Under the pieces are notes generated by a model that saw only the letters and a list, made by a program, of their open reading frames with translations, made no database searches and was not told where the DNA came from. From IMG/VR virus record IMGVR_UViG_3300017917_005385: 64,000 nucleotides of DNA; one strand, written 5' to 3'. The DNA is from an uncultured virus (IMG/VR IMGVR_UViG_3300017917_005385) (taxonomy: Duplodnaviria; Heunggongvirae; Uroviricota; Caudoviricetes). The position numbers and the translations under genes are program-made. Positions 54,110 to 63,923 of this stretch are shown in pieces (positions within the stretch are counted from its first letter, which is position 1; each line of letters opens with the position of its first letter).

Positions 54110-54595
54110 ATGACTCTTAAACACTTAAAAGAACCATTTGTTATTATTCTTGTTGGTCCACCATTGTCTGGTAAAACAACTTGGATTAGAAATAACTTTC
54201 CAACAACTGAAGTTATAAGTCGTGATGATCTTGTAATGGAAGTTTATGGTTCAAGAAATTATACAGAAGCTTTTAATAATGTAGACCAAAAAGAGGTTGA
54301 CCGTAGATTGGATGCTAAACTTAAAGAAGCAAATTCTGAAAAGAAAAATGTCATAATTGATATGACTCATATGGCATCAAAGCGTAGAAAACAAAACTTA
54401 GATTATTTTACTGATGATTATTATAAGTTAGCAGTTATCTTTCCTATTCTATCAGATGATGAATATGAAAGAAGAAATAAGAAAAGAATTGAAGAGGAAA
54501 ATAAAGATCTTCCGATGCGCATTGTTAAGAGTATGATTTCTTCATATCAACCAATTAGACCTGAGGAAGGTTTTAATAAAGTAATTTCACTATAA
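54110..54595 (+). CDS. P-loop kinase, polynucleotide-kinase-like
   Basis: GPPLSGKTT, ISRDD, IIDMT...R. Confidence 0.8.
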   Translation: MTLKHLKEPFVIILVGPPLSGKTTWIRNNFPTTEVISRDDLVMEVYGSRNYTEAFNNVDQKEVDRRLDAKLKEANSEKKNVIIDMTHMASKRRKQNLDYFTDDYYKLAVIFPILSDDEYERRNKKRIEEENKDLPMRIVKSMISSYQPIRPEEGFNKVISL

Positions 54596-54930
54596 TGAAT
54601 TTAAACAAACTAAATAATATGTTAAATCCAATGGATAAAGTAATTAGTACAATAGTAGATGCTATAACAGCGTCAGGTAAAAAATTTAATGAGATTGATA
54701 AAAGCTCAATTTTTGCATTTTTAGAAAATCAAGGAATATCTCGTAATAAATGGGAATCTGTTTATCAATCTTTATCTAGCCTATATTCCAATAGAAGCTC
54801 TAGTGGAACATCAGGCTTTAAAAATAAAGAGGTTGCTGTAGTTGATTATAGCGACTCATCTCATAATGATGTTAAGACTAGAAAACCACGAAAGTCTATT
54901 TTTTCTGAAATTAAAAAGATAGCTGGTTAA
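54595..54930 (+). CDS. hypothetical protein
   Basis: ORF in operon. Confidence 0.6.
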   Translation: MNLNKLNNMLNPMDKVISTIVDAITASGKKFNEIDKSSIFAFLENQGISRNKWESVYQSLSSLYSNRSSSGTSGFKNKEVAVVDYSDSSHNDVKTRKPRKSIFSEIKKIAG

Positions 54931-55003
54931 ATAATTTAAAATCCTTGAAATTTTGACATTTCAAGGATTTTTATTATTTTTACTTTTCTGAAGAAGATAT
55001 ATA

Positions 55004-55360
55004 ATGAACTTTATTTCTACATATACAATTGATACTAATAATTTGACCTTATGTGATTCAGATTGCACTAAGTCAAATGAATGGGAAGAGTTAATATGTG
55101 AGAATGAAGGACACTTTAGTAGAGAAGGTGAATATTTATCATTTGATGTGAATGGTTTTGAGTTATTAATTTTTTACGACTTGGATGTTTCCGGTAATAT
55201 AGACCATGATCCAGGCGACTACTATAATCCACCATATACAGATGTTGATATAACCGACGAATCTATTGATGTAACTCAAGTTACATTAGATGAATATGAT
55301 ATTGAGTTAACAAAAGAACTTAGATTATTATTTTCAGAAGTGGTTAAAAAAAATTTATAA
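55004..55360 (+). CDS. hypothetical acidic protein
   Basis: DPGDYYNPP motif. Confidence 0.6.
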   Translation: MNFISTYTIDTNNLTLCDSDCTKSNEWEELICENEGHFSREGEYLSFDVNGFELLIFYDLDVSGNIDHDPGDYYNPPYTDVDITDESIDVTQVTLDEYDIELTKELRLLFSEVVKKNL

Positions 55361-55361
55361 T

Positions 55362-55682
55362 ATGAATAGAGTTTATTTTGATAAAGAAGAAAACGGTTGG
55401 TTTGTAGATGATTTAGAAGACTACTATATGTTTAAAGCTGTTGATTTTCAAACAAATCAAGAATCAGACCACGTTTTATCATGGACAAGAAATTATCCTT
55501 TAGATGGATTAGACGATGTTGTTCGTGTATATGATGTTGAGATTGATGATATCAAATATCATTTTTTAGTTAAAGCTTATAAAAATGTTTGGTCAGTTGT
55601 TCAAAAAGAACCAATGGCTCTTGAAAAGCTTCTAAACGATAAGAATTTATTTTTCGTTGGAGATACTAAGGTAGTTCAATAA
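55362..55682 (+). CDS. hypothetical protein
   Basis: ORF. Confidence 0.6.
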   Translation: MNRVYFDKEENGWFVDDLEDYYMFKAVDFQTNQESDHVLSWTRNYPLDGLDDVVRVYDVEIDDIKYHFLVKAYKNVWSVVQKEPMALEKLLNDKNLFFVGDTKVVQ

Positions 55683-56504
55683 ATTATCTAATAAAGTATC
55701 GGCTCTTTCAAACAACTCTCTGTTCTTCATAACAGTTAGATTTGCTGTGTAATAATCTACACCTTTATTTACATAAAAAGCTTGTATTAATTCATCTGGT
55801 ACATAAACACCAGAATACTTTAATTGCATTACAAAAGGCATTACAACGTTTTTTGGATTATTTGAGAATCCATCATCTAGAACATCCGAGTATGAATCAG
55901 GTAGTTCTCTATCATTATAGTCATTTGCACCATCATCACCATGTGCATAGAAACAAGCAACTTTTCCTTCCAAATGATTTCTTAAAAGATGGTTGTATTT
56001 TTTTGTTTTTGATAATTTGCCTGTTACTTCAGATCTTTTTATATTATCTCTACCTAAAACATTTATAGCATCCCAAACATTCATTGTTAAGTTTATACAA
56101 ACTAATCTATCAAAAAGTGTTTTTATTTGAGCTGTTAATGAATGCCAGTGAATTGGTGACACAATTATAAAAGCATCACACTCTTGTAATAATTCATATA
56201 CACCTTCTTCGTGTAATAAATCTGGAATTTTACCACCTTTATTATAACAAGAGCAAGGAAAATGACAGTGGTAACCACCAGCTGTTGAGACACAACCTTT
56301 ACAAGGTTGAATAGTTGGTCTATTATATTGATTAACTGCTAGGTCAATAACTTTGAAATTAATAAAAGGAGACCAATTTTCTAACATATAATCAACAATT
56401 ATATGTGATTTAGAATCCATATTGGCGCAAGTTTCCTTATCTCTAGGTGAACCCTGAAAAATAACCACATTTGGTTTTTTATCTCCTAGTTTTCTAATAA
56501 TCAT
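55647..56504 (-). CDS. iron-sulfur flavoprotein / NADPH-dependent FMN reductase family
   Basis: QGSPR, PCKGC...CHFPCSC, SPIHW...KTLFDRL. Confidence 0.82.
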   Translation of the reverse strand: MIIRKLGDKKPNVVIFQGSPRDKETCANMDSKSHIIVDYMLENWSPFINFKVIDLAVNQYNRPTIQPCKGCVSTAGGYHCHFPCSCYNKGGKIPDLLHEEGVYELLQECDAFIIVSPIHWHSLTAQIKTLFDRLVCINLTMNVWDAINVLGRDNIKRSEVTGKLSKTKKYNHLLRNHLEGKVACFYAHGDDGANDYNDRELPDSYSDVLDDGFSNNPKNVVMPFVMQLKYSGVYVPDELIQAFYVNKGVDYYTANLTVMKNRELFERADTLLDNLLNYLSISNEK

Positions 56505-56541
56505 ATTGTATATATTAAATTATTGTTTTATATTTGTAATT

Positions 56542-56943
56542 ATGAAAGTAAGTTTTGATTTTGATAGTACATTGTCTAGAAAAGATGTACAATCTTTTGC
56601 TAAAGAATTAGTAGACGAAGGACATGAAGTTTGGATTGTAACATCAAGGTTTGATGATGAGTCTGCTATGTCAAAAAATTGGCACTGGATAAAAGGTCAG
56701 AATCAAAGATTATTTGATGTTGCTGATGAATGTGGTATTAAAAAAGAAAATATTAAATTTACTTGTGCTGAATCTAAATCTATTTTCATAAAAGATAAAG
56801 GGTTTATATTCCACCTAGACGATGATGATATTGAGTTGATGGATATCCTTGAAAGTAGAGATAAATGTCGACCTATACATGTTGATCATTTTGAATGGAA
56901 AGAAACTTGTAGAAATATTTTGAAAAATAATTTGGAGATATAA
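56542..56943 (+). CDS. HAD-superfamily hydrolase
   Basis: SFDFDSTL, IVTSR, K, HLDDD. Confidence 0.8.
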   Translation: MKVSFDFDSTLSRKDVQSFAKELVDEGHEVWIVTSRFDDESAMSKNWHWIKGQNQRLFDVADECGIKKENIKFTCAESKSIFIKDKGFIFHLDDDDIELMDILESRDKCRPIHVDHFEWKETCRNILKNNLEI

Positions 56944-57044
56944 AATTTTATTGTATCTTTGTATAAGAAACCTAAACGGTGAGGGATAGTAAAAGTAGCA
57001 CACGAAGTGCGAGCCCAAATAGGAGGCTGTCACCGTCCGCACTT

Positions 57045-57131
57045 GGGGAAGTTCCAGAGTGGTCAAATGGGACCGTGTCGTAACACGGTTGGTCTACGGA
57101 TCTTCGGAGGTTCAAATCCTACCCTTCCCCA
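57045..57131 (+). tRNA. Tyr-like tRNA body with a 6-nt anticodon loop (atypical or pseudogene)
   Basis: ggggaag/cttcccc-A; ccgtg-tcgtaa-cacgg; long variable arm. Confidence 0.5.
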
Positions 57132-57189
57132 CAAAAAATTTTACGGTTTTTTACAACTTTTGTAAATCGTAAAATATAATATCTAAATA

Positions 57190-57345
57190 AAGAGTTTTCG
57201 TAGTGGTTAACTCTTAATACTCCTAACAGGAGTGGTCTACATAAGTAGGGTGGATACCGAACTCCACACAAGTTTTCGTAGTGGTTAACTTCCTCTTAAA
57301 CAGAGGGGTCTGTCAATGACAGTGTGGGTACCTCAAACCCACTCT
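57190..57345 (+). ncRNA. tandem two-unit structured RNA
   Basis: Identical 20-mer AGTTTTCGTAGTGGTTAACT at 57193 and 57271, each followed by three hairpins with different sequences; terminator 57354-57390. Confidence 0.65.
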
Positions 57346-57459
57346 AATTTCAAAAAAATCCCACTAAAAAATTAGTGGGATTTTTATTTTAAAATAACAA
57401 AAAAATATCTATCTTTGTATATTAAATATCATATAACTAAAAATAATACTATAGATTAG

Positions 57460-57948
57460 ATGAAATTAGAAATCGAGAGAAAGTTCTTACTAAAAGCACT
57501 ACCGGACATTAATCCTACAGAAATTATTAAAATAGATCAGTATTACTTGAAAAACTCAAGTGGTATTTGGGAAAGAGCAAGATCTTGGAAGTCTAATATT
57601 AATGGTGTTAAGTATATACACACTATTAAGAAGAGTGTATCTAAAGGTGTAAACTTAGAAGATGAATGTCTAATGACCGAATCAGATTTTTTTAAATTTA
57701 AAAAAGATTGTCTAAATTCCAAGGATTCTAAATTTCTTTCAAAAGAAAGATGGATATATCCAGATGGTGAATTAGTTTGGGAAGTTGATAAATTTATAAA
57801 CGACCATTATATAATTATAGCTGAGGTCGAAATTCCAACAAAAAGATATAAAGTTAATATACCAGAATTTATAAGTAGCAAGTTACTACTTGAAGTAACA
57901 GAACTTAAACAGTTCAGTAATAGAAGTCTATCTAACAAAATAAATTAA
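57460..57948 (+). CDS. CYTH domain protein (triphosphate tunnel metalloenzyme)
   Basis: EIERKFL, Q.Y, K.R...WEVD...AEVE...FSN. Confidence 0.88.
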   Translation: MKLEIERKFLLKALPDINPTEIIKIDQYYLKNSSGIWERARSWKSNINGVKYIHTIKKSVSKGVNLEDECLMTESDFFKFKKDCLNSKDSKFLSKERWIYPDGELVWEVDKFINDHYIIIAEVEIPTKRYKVNIPEFISSKLLLEVTELKQFSNRSLSNKIN

Positions 57949-57952
57949 ATAT

Positions 57953-58531
57953 ATGAGTAATAAACTAGAATTAAGAATGTATGGTCTTGTACCTTATAAC
58001 ATAAGTCCTATTCAACAAGCTATTCAATTTGGACATGCTGTTGTTGAATATAGTCAAAAAATGAAGTATCTAGGTGAGAACAAGCAATCTTTGAATACTC
58101 AATATAATGATTGGGCTGATAACTGGAAAACATTTATTATCTTAAATGGCGGTACAACAAATCACAAAACTTCCTTAGAAAATGGATTACCATTTGGTAG
58201 TCTTAATAATCATTTACTTACTTTAATGGATAATGGTATTGAGTTTGCGTCATTCAATGAACCAGATTTAGGAGACCAACTTACTGCTGTTGTATTTATA
58301 GTTGATGAAAGAGTATTCAATCGTAAAAAATATCCTGATTTTGAAGATTGGGTTATTGAGAATTATGGAGACTTAATTGTTGGTACTGGAAGCTCTAGTA
58401 AAATTGCAAAGGAAATTAAAGAATCTACAAGTAAACATGACAAGAAAGTTTATCAAGAATGGGTAAAGTTAATTGGTGGTGAGAAGAATGCTTTCTTGAG
58501 AGAATTTTTGAAAAATTTCAAATTAGCATGA
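57953..58531 (+). CDS. phage peptidyl-tRNA hydrolase 2 (Pth2)-like protein
   Basis: IQFGHAV...F.EPDL...LTAV. Confidence 0.6.
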   Translation: MSNKLELRMYGLVPYNISPIQQAIQFGHAVVEYSQKMKYLGENKQSLNTQYNDWADNWKTFIILNGGTTNHKTSLENGLPFGSLNNHLLTLMDNGIEFASFNEPDLGDQLTAVVFIVDERVFNRKKYPDFEDWVIENYGDLIVGTGSSSKIAKEIKESTSKHDKKVYQEWVKLIGGEKNAFLREFLKNFKLA

Positions 58532-58863
58532 TAAACAATTGGATTAAAGTTGATGGTGTTATTTTTACTGTAAAAGAATATTCAGTTCAGTTATCAATCG
58601 GATCACATGCTTCTATTGAAGTTAGTTTTGATAATAGAAAAGATTATTCTGACTTTTTCTTTGAAAAGTATGAAAAAAGATCTAAATTTAATTTAATTGG
58701 TAAACAATTTGAGGCAAAAGGAGTACATATTAAAGGAATAGATGTTAGCTCCAATAAAATTAATTTATCACTTAGATGTGATATACTTGATAATAGAGAC
58801 ATTTCAGAAAGAAGAGACGAAATTATCGATGAAGTATTAAACAATAAAGATAAAATAGAATAG
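58528..58863 (+). CDS. hypothetical protein with RDEIIDEVL motif
   Basis: ATGA overlap with previous gene. Confidence 0.6.
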   Translation: MINNWIKVDGVIFTVKEYSVQLSIGSHASIEVSFDNRKDYSDFFFEKYEKRSKFNLIGKQFEAKGVHIKGIDVSSNKINLSLRCDILDNRDISERRDEIIDEVLNNKDKIE

Positions 58864-58870
58864 AATAATT

Positions 58871-61009
58871 ATGAAAAATAAAAAAAATATGAATACTAAC
58901 AACAAAGTTGAAGGTAGAGACTATGTTTCACCTAACATTAAGGCAGCAGTTGACGATGATGATGAAGATGGACCTTCTTTTGGATCTAGTTCTAGAAAAC
59001 AAGATTCAAAGTCTAGAACTCCTGTTTTAGATACATACAGCCGTGACTTAACCAAAATGGCTGAAGAAGGTAAATTAGATTCTATTATTGGTAGAGAAAA
59101 AGAAATTGAGAGAGTGTCTCAGATTCTATCTCGAAGGAAAAAGAATAATCCAATTTTAATTGGTGAACCAGGTGTTGGTAAATCTTCAATCGCTGAAGGA
59201 TTAGCACTTCGTATTGTTCAAAGAAAAGTAAGTCGTATTCTTTTCAATAAAAGAATTGTAATGCTTGACTTGGCTTCTATGGTTGCCGGTACAAAATATC
59301 GTGGTCAGTTTGAAGAGCGTATCAAGGCATTAATGGCTGAAATGGAGAAAGAACCGGATATTATTCTTTTCATTGATGAAATTCACACTATCATTGGAGC
59401 AGGTGGTGCTTCTGGATCATTAGATGCTTCTAATATGTTCAAACCAGCTTTGGCTCGTGGTGAAATTCAAATCATCGGTGCTACAACTTTAGATGAATAT
59501 AGAAAGCATATCGAAAAAGATGGTGCTTTAGAAAGACGTTTCCAAAAAGTAATTGTTGAACCAGCTTCTGCTGAAGAAACAATTCAAATTATCGCTAACA
59601 TTAAAGATAAGTATGAGTCACATCACAATGTAATTTACACTGAAGATGCAATCAAAGCTTGTGTTGATTTAACTGACCGTTATGTTACTGATAGATTTCT
59701 TCCAGATAAAGCTATTGATGCTTTAGATGAAGCTGGATCTCGTGTTCATATTTCAAATATTGTTGTTCCTAAAGTCATTACTGATATTGAGAACAAGATT
59801 GCTGAGATTAAAGAAAAGAAAAATCAAGTTATTCGTTCTCAAAAGTATGAAGAAGCGGCTAAATTAAGAGATGTTGAAAGACAGTTAAATGAATCTTTAG
59901 AAATTGAAAGAAAAAAATGGGAAGAAGAGTGTGCTAATAACAAACAAACTGTAACTGAAGATAATGTTGCTGAAGTTGTTTCAATGATGACAGGTATTCC
60001 TCTTCAGAAAGTTTCTGAAAATGAAACATCTAAATTGGCTAAAATGCAAGATTCAATTATTGGTAAAGTAATTGGTCAAGATGATGCTGTTAAGAAGATT
60101 GTTAAAGCTATTCAACGTGGTAGGGTTGGTTTGAAAGATCCAAATAAACCAATCGGTTCATTTATGTTCTTAGGTCCTACTGGTGTTGGTAAAACACAAT
60201 TGGCTAAAGTTTTGGCTAAGTATCTATTTGACTCAGAAGATTCTTTAATTAGAATTGATATGTCTGAATATATGGAGAAGTTTGCTGTGTCTCGTTTGAT
60301 TGGAGCGCCTCCAGGATACGTTGGTCACGATGAAGGTGGACAGTTAACTGAAAAAGTTAGACGTAAACCTTATTCTGTAGTGCTTCTTGATGAGATTGAG
60401 AAAGCTCACCCAGAAGTATTCAACTTGTTACTTCAAGTTCTTGATGATGGTCAGTTAACAGACTCTCTTGGTAGAAAAGTTAACTTTAAGAATACTATTA
60501 TCATTATGACTTCTAACACTGGTTCTAGACAGCTAAAAGACTTTGGAACAGGTGTTGGTTTTAATACCAAAAGTCGTGAAGATAATAAGAGTGATGAATC
60601 AAACGCTGTTATTGATAAAGAACTTAAAAAGAAATTCGCACCCGAATTCTTGAATCGTATTGATGATGTTGTTATGTTTAACTCACTTGAAAAAGAAGAT
60701 ATTAATAAAATTATTAATATTGAGTTAGAAAAATTAGTTGATAGAGTACAAAAGATGGAATTTGAACTTGAGATTACACAAAACGCAACTAATTATATAG
60801 CAACACAGGGATTTGACCCTCAATATGGTGCTAGACCTTTGAAGAGAGCAGTACAGAGATATGTTGAAGATGTTCTAACAGAAGAAATAATTCAACAAAA
60901 TCCAACTAAAGGATCTAAATTACTACTTGACTACAATAGTGAGGATGATAAAATGGTTGTTACTATTTCTAAAAAGAAAAAAGCAACAAGAAAAAAAGAC
61001 ACTGAATAA
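58871..61009 (+). CDS. clpC: ClpC-like AAA+ chaperone lacking the N-terminal Clp repeat domain
   Basis: Two Walker A motifs ([16 protein letters not shown]), GYVG pore loop, UVR-like coiled coil, VGF loop. Confidence 0.9.
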   Translation: MKNKKNMNTNNKVEGRDYVSPNIKAAVDDDDEDGPSFGSSSRKQDSKSRTPVLDTYSRDLTKMAEEGKLDSIIGREKEIERVSQILSRRKKNNPILIGEPGVGKSSIAEGLALRIVQRKVSRILFNKRIVMLDLASMVAGTKYRGQFEERIKALMAEMEKEPDIILFIDEIHTIIGAGGASGSLDASNMFKPALARGEIQIIGATTLDEYRKHIEKDGALERRFQKVIVEPASAEETIQIIANIKDKYESHHNVIYTEDAIKACVDLTDRYVTDRFLPDKAIDALDEAGSRVHISNIVVPKVITDIENKIAEIKEKKNQVIRSQKYEEAAKLRDVERQLNESLEIERKKWEEECANNKQTVTEDNVAEVVSMMTGIPLQKVSENETSKLAKMQDSIIGKVIGQDDAVKKIVKAIQRGRVGLKDPNKPIGSFMFLGPTGVGKTQLAKVLAKYLFDSEDSLIRIDMSEYMEKFAVSRLIGAPPGYVGHDEGGQLTEKVRRKPYSVVLLDEIEKAHPEVFNLLLQVLDDGQLTDSLGRKVNFKNTIIIMTSNTGSRQLKDFGTGVGFNTKSREDNKSDESNAVIDKELKKKFAPEFLNRIDDVVMFNSLEKEDINKIINIELEKLVDRVQKMEFELEITQNATNYIATQGFDPQYGARPLKRAVQRYVEDVLTEEIIQQNPTKGSKLLLDYNSEDDKMVVTISKKKKATRKKDTE

Positions 61010-61096
61010 CATAAAATATTCAATTTTTTAAGAGAGAGAGTTAAACACTCTCTCTTTTTATTTTAAACAATTTTATTTATAATTTATATAAGATTT

Positions 61097-61681
61097 ATGA
61101 CTTTGTATATTTTTATTTCACATCAAAAGAATTTAAATAATTGCTATGATCGAATAGCTAAAATGATGAAGACCGACTTTGTGGTAATTCAAGGCGGTGC
61201 TATAAAAGATTATTATGATGAGGAAAAAAATATTCTTAATCTTAATTGTAATGATTCATATGTTGGACTTCCAGAAAAAGTAATGAAAACATTTCACTTC
61301 TTAATAAGTGATGATAGATTCAAAGACTATACACATTTTTGTAAGCTAGATGATGATATGAATTTATTAAAAAGATTTGAAAATCTAGAAGGCGACTACA
61401 TTGGTAATGTACATTATATTGATGGTAATAGACAATGGCATATTGGTAGATGTGGTAACTTTTGGGATAGAATTCCTTATTTAGGTGAGTTTAAGCCTTG
61501 GTGTATGGGTGGTTTTGGTTATATAGTATCAAGAAATGCTTTGCAAAAAGCCTTACCAAATTTTAATTACTTAGACCATATCTATGAGGATGTTTATATT
61601 GGTTTACTAATGTATAATTCAAAAGTATCACCTAAGATGATTAATATGACTGAATACTTTGTAAGTCCAGATCATAGATAA
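61097..61681 (+). CDS. GT31-like galactosyltransferase
   Basis: DSY.GLPEK, KLDDD, GGFGY.VS, EDVYIG. Confidence 0.75.
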   Translation: MTLYIFISHQKNLNNCYDRIAKMMKTDFVVIQGGAIKDYYDEEKNILNLNCNDSYVGLPEKVMKTFHFLISDDRFKDYTHFCKLDDDMNLLKRFENLEGDYIGNVHYIDGNRQWHIGRCGNFWDRIPYLGEFKPWCMGGFGYIVSRNALQKALPNFNYLDHIYEDVYIGLLMYNSKVSPKMINMTEYFVSPDHR

Positions 61682-61695
61682 AAATATTAAATTTA

Positions 61696-62547
61696 ATGTT
61701 TAATTTAGAAGAATTAACTATCATAATTCCTGTTAAAGTCGAATCTAATGACAGATATAATAATCTTAAAGTTGTATTGGGTTATATTAATAATCATTTT
61801 AAAACAAATGTAAAGATTATTGAGGAATCTCCTGATAAACCAAAAGTTGATTTTCTTAGTGATTTTATTAATCTAAATATTGATTATAAATTTTATTGTG
61901 TTGAGGGCAATAAACCCTATCACAGAACTAAATACTTAAATGAGATGTTATTTTCTACAACTACAAAAGTTGTATCAAATTATGATTCAGATGTATTTTT
62001 CCCAGTTGAAACATATATTAATGTTGTAAATTCTATTATAAATAACGAATATGATTTTGTTTATCCATATATATTTGGTGATGGTCAAAAACAATTATAC
62101 TATAGTAAATGGTATGAAGATCCACTAGGTAAATGGTTATACTATCCAATGTATAAATTCACAGAAGATTGGAATCCTTCTATTTTTGAAAGTGATGATA
62201 TTGATGATAAAAAAAGAGTTGTAATACAAAATTCAGAATGTGGTCACTCTATTTTTGCTAACACTGAAAAATACAAAGAGGCTTTCGGTGAAAATGAAAA
62301 TTTTATATCATACGGACCTGAGGACCAAGAAAGATTATACAGATTTAAAAAACTTGGTTATAGATTAAACTGGTATAATGATTTTGTTTATCATATAGAA
62401 CACGAAAGAACTCCTGATTCTAATAGAGAAAATCCAATGTTTAATTCAAACAATGAACTATTTGAATATATTAAAAGTCTAAATGAAAAAGAATTGTTTG
62501 AGTACTATAAAAACATTAATTATTTAAAAAAGTATAAATTAAAATGA
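61696..62547 (+). CDS. GT2/GT7-like glycosyltransferase
   Basis: IIIPV, YDSD, ENENF.SYG.ED.E...R. Confidence 0.8.
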   Translation: MFNLEELTIIIPVKVESNDRYNNLKVVLGYINNHFKTNVKIIEESPDKPKVDFLSDFINLNIDYKFYCVEGNKPYHRTKYLNEMLFSTTTKVVSNYDSDVFFPVETYINVVNSIINNEYDFVYPYIFGDGQKQLYYSKWYEDPLGKWLYYPMYKFTEDWNPSIFESDDIDDKKRVVIQNSECGHSIFANTEKYKEAFGENENFISYGPEDQERLYRFKKLGYRLNWYNDFVYHIEHERTPDSNRENPMFNSNNELFEYIKSLNEKELFEYYKNINYLKKYKLK

Positions 62548-63227
62548 AAAAAATAGGTTTATTAATTATTGCAACAAATAAGTATGTTGATTTTTTACAT
62601 ACATTAATTTCCAGTGCAGATAATTATTTTCTACCCAATCAAGATGTTACTTATTTTATATTCACGAATCAAGATTTAGATATTGAATCTAAAAGAAATA
62701 TTGTTAGAATAGAAACTGAACATAAGTCTTGGCCCTGGATGACACTTGGTAGATATAAAATATTCACTCAAAACTCTGATATACTTTCAAATATGGACTA
62801 TCTATATTACTGTGATGCTGATATGAGATTTGAGGGATTGGTATCTGATGAAGTTTTAGGTGATTTAGTTGCAACTCAACATCATGGTTATTGTGGAAAA
62901 AGAGGTACACCAGAAATGAGACCATTCTCTACCGCATTTGTTAGACCCGATGAAGATATGCAATATTTTGCTGGGGGATTTAATGGAGGTAAGTCATATA
63001 ATTATTTAGAGATGGCTAAAGTATTATCTAATAATATAGATATAGATTTTTCAAATAATATTATTGCTGTATGGCATGATGAAAGTCACATCAATAGATA
63101 TTTTATAGATAATAAACCTACTAAAATTTTGAGTCCAAGTTATTGCTTCTATGAACATATAGAAGATCCAAGGTTTGAAAGAAAATTACTGGCTTTACAA
63201 AAAAATCACAGTGAAATAAGAAATTAA
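62544..63227 (+). CDS. GT6 family glycosyltransferase (ABO-like)
   Basis: IATNKY, CDAD, AGGFNGG, WHDESHINRY. Confidence 0.9.
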   Translation: MKKIGLLIIATNKYVDFLHTLISSADNYFLPNQDVTYFIFTNQDLDIESKRNIVRIETEHKSWPWMTLGRYKIFTQNSDILSNMDYLYYCDADMRFEGLVSDEVLGDLVATQHHGYCGKRGTPEMRPFSTAFVRPDEDMQYFAGGFNGGKSYNYLEMAKVLSNNIDIDFSNNIIAVWHDESHINRYFIDNKPTKILSPSYCFYEHIEDPRFERKLLALQKNHSEIRN

Positions 63228-63260
63228 TATTTCTTTAAATAAAAATAAATTAATTAATAA

Positions 63261-63923
63261 ATGAAGATTGGCGTAGTTTTTTTCCATTCAGATATACAAA
63301 AGATTTATAAGGATAGATGGATTAAAAAGTCTGTTGAATCTATATTAAATCAGACTTATAAAGATTTTTCAATATATGAGATAAATTATTCAAGTGAGAA
63401 TGAAAATTTTTCTGTAGTTGGCGATGAAGTTAATAAAAAGTTCTGGTCAAAAAAAATGTCAAATTACGCTGAAGCTATGAATTTTATAATTACAGAAGCT
63501 TTTCTAGATGGTTGTGATTACGTTTTTAATACAAATCTAGATGATTATTATGATAAATATAGATTTGAGTCTCAGTTAAATTTGATGAAAGTACATGACT
63601 TTGATATACTCAGTTCTGATTTTTGTTATATAGTTGAGAATATTAACAATGAGGATGAAATTTCTCTTTATATGAATATTACAAAATTTGGAGATATTAA
63701 ATTTAATTTGTTTAACTCAAATAATGTAATTGCTCATCCATGTGTTTGTTATAGTAAAAGATTCTGGAATGACCCTCAAAATAGATATGATACATCAAAG
63801 GTTCCTGAAGAAGACTATGACTTGTGGAAAAGGTCAATATTAAGAGGTTATAAATTTGGCATTGATAAAAACTTACTTCTTTATTATAGAAGACATAATA
63901 ATCAAGTAAGTGAAAAAAAATAA
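63261..63923 (+). CDS. GT2 family glycosyltransferase
   Basis: SILNQTY.DF, NLDD, HP, EDYDLW, YYRRH..Q. Confidence 0.85.
   Translation: MKIGVVFFHSDIQKIYKDRWIKKSVESILNQTYKDFSIYEINYSSENENFSVVGDEVNKKFWSKKMSNYAEAMNFIITEAFLDGCDYVFNTNLDDYYDKYRFESQLNLMKVHDFDILSSDFCYIVENINNEDEISLYMNITKFGDIKFNLFNSNNVIAHPCVCYSKRFWNDPQNRYDTSKVPEEDYDLWKRSILRGYKFGIDKNLLLYYRRHNNQVSEKK

Noticed and set aside
57190..57345. CRISPR mini-array
   Set aside because: Only two 20-nt repeats, the intervening sequences have conserved structure rather than unique spacers, and no cas genes are present.
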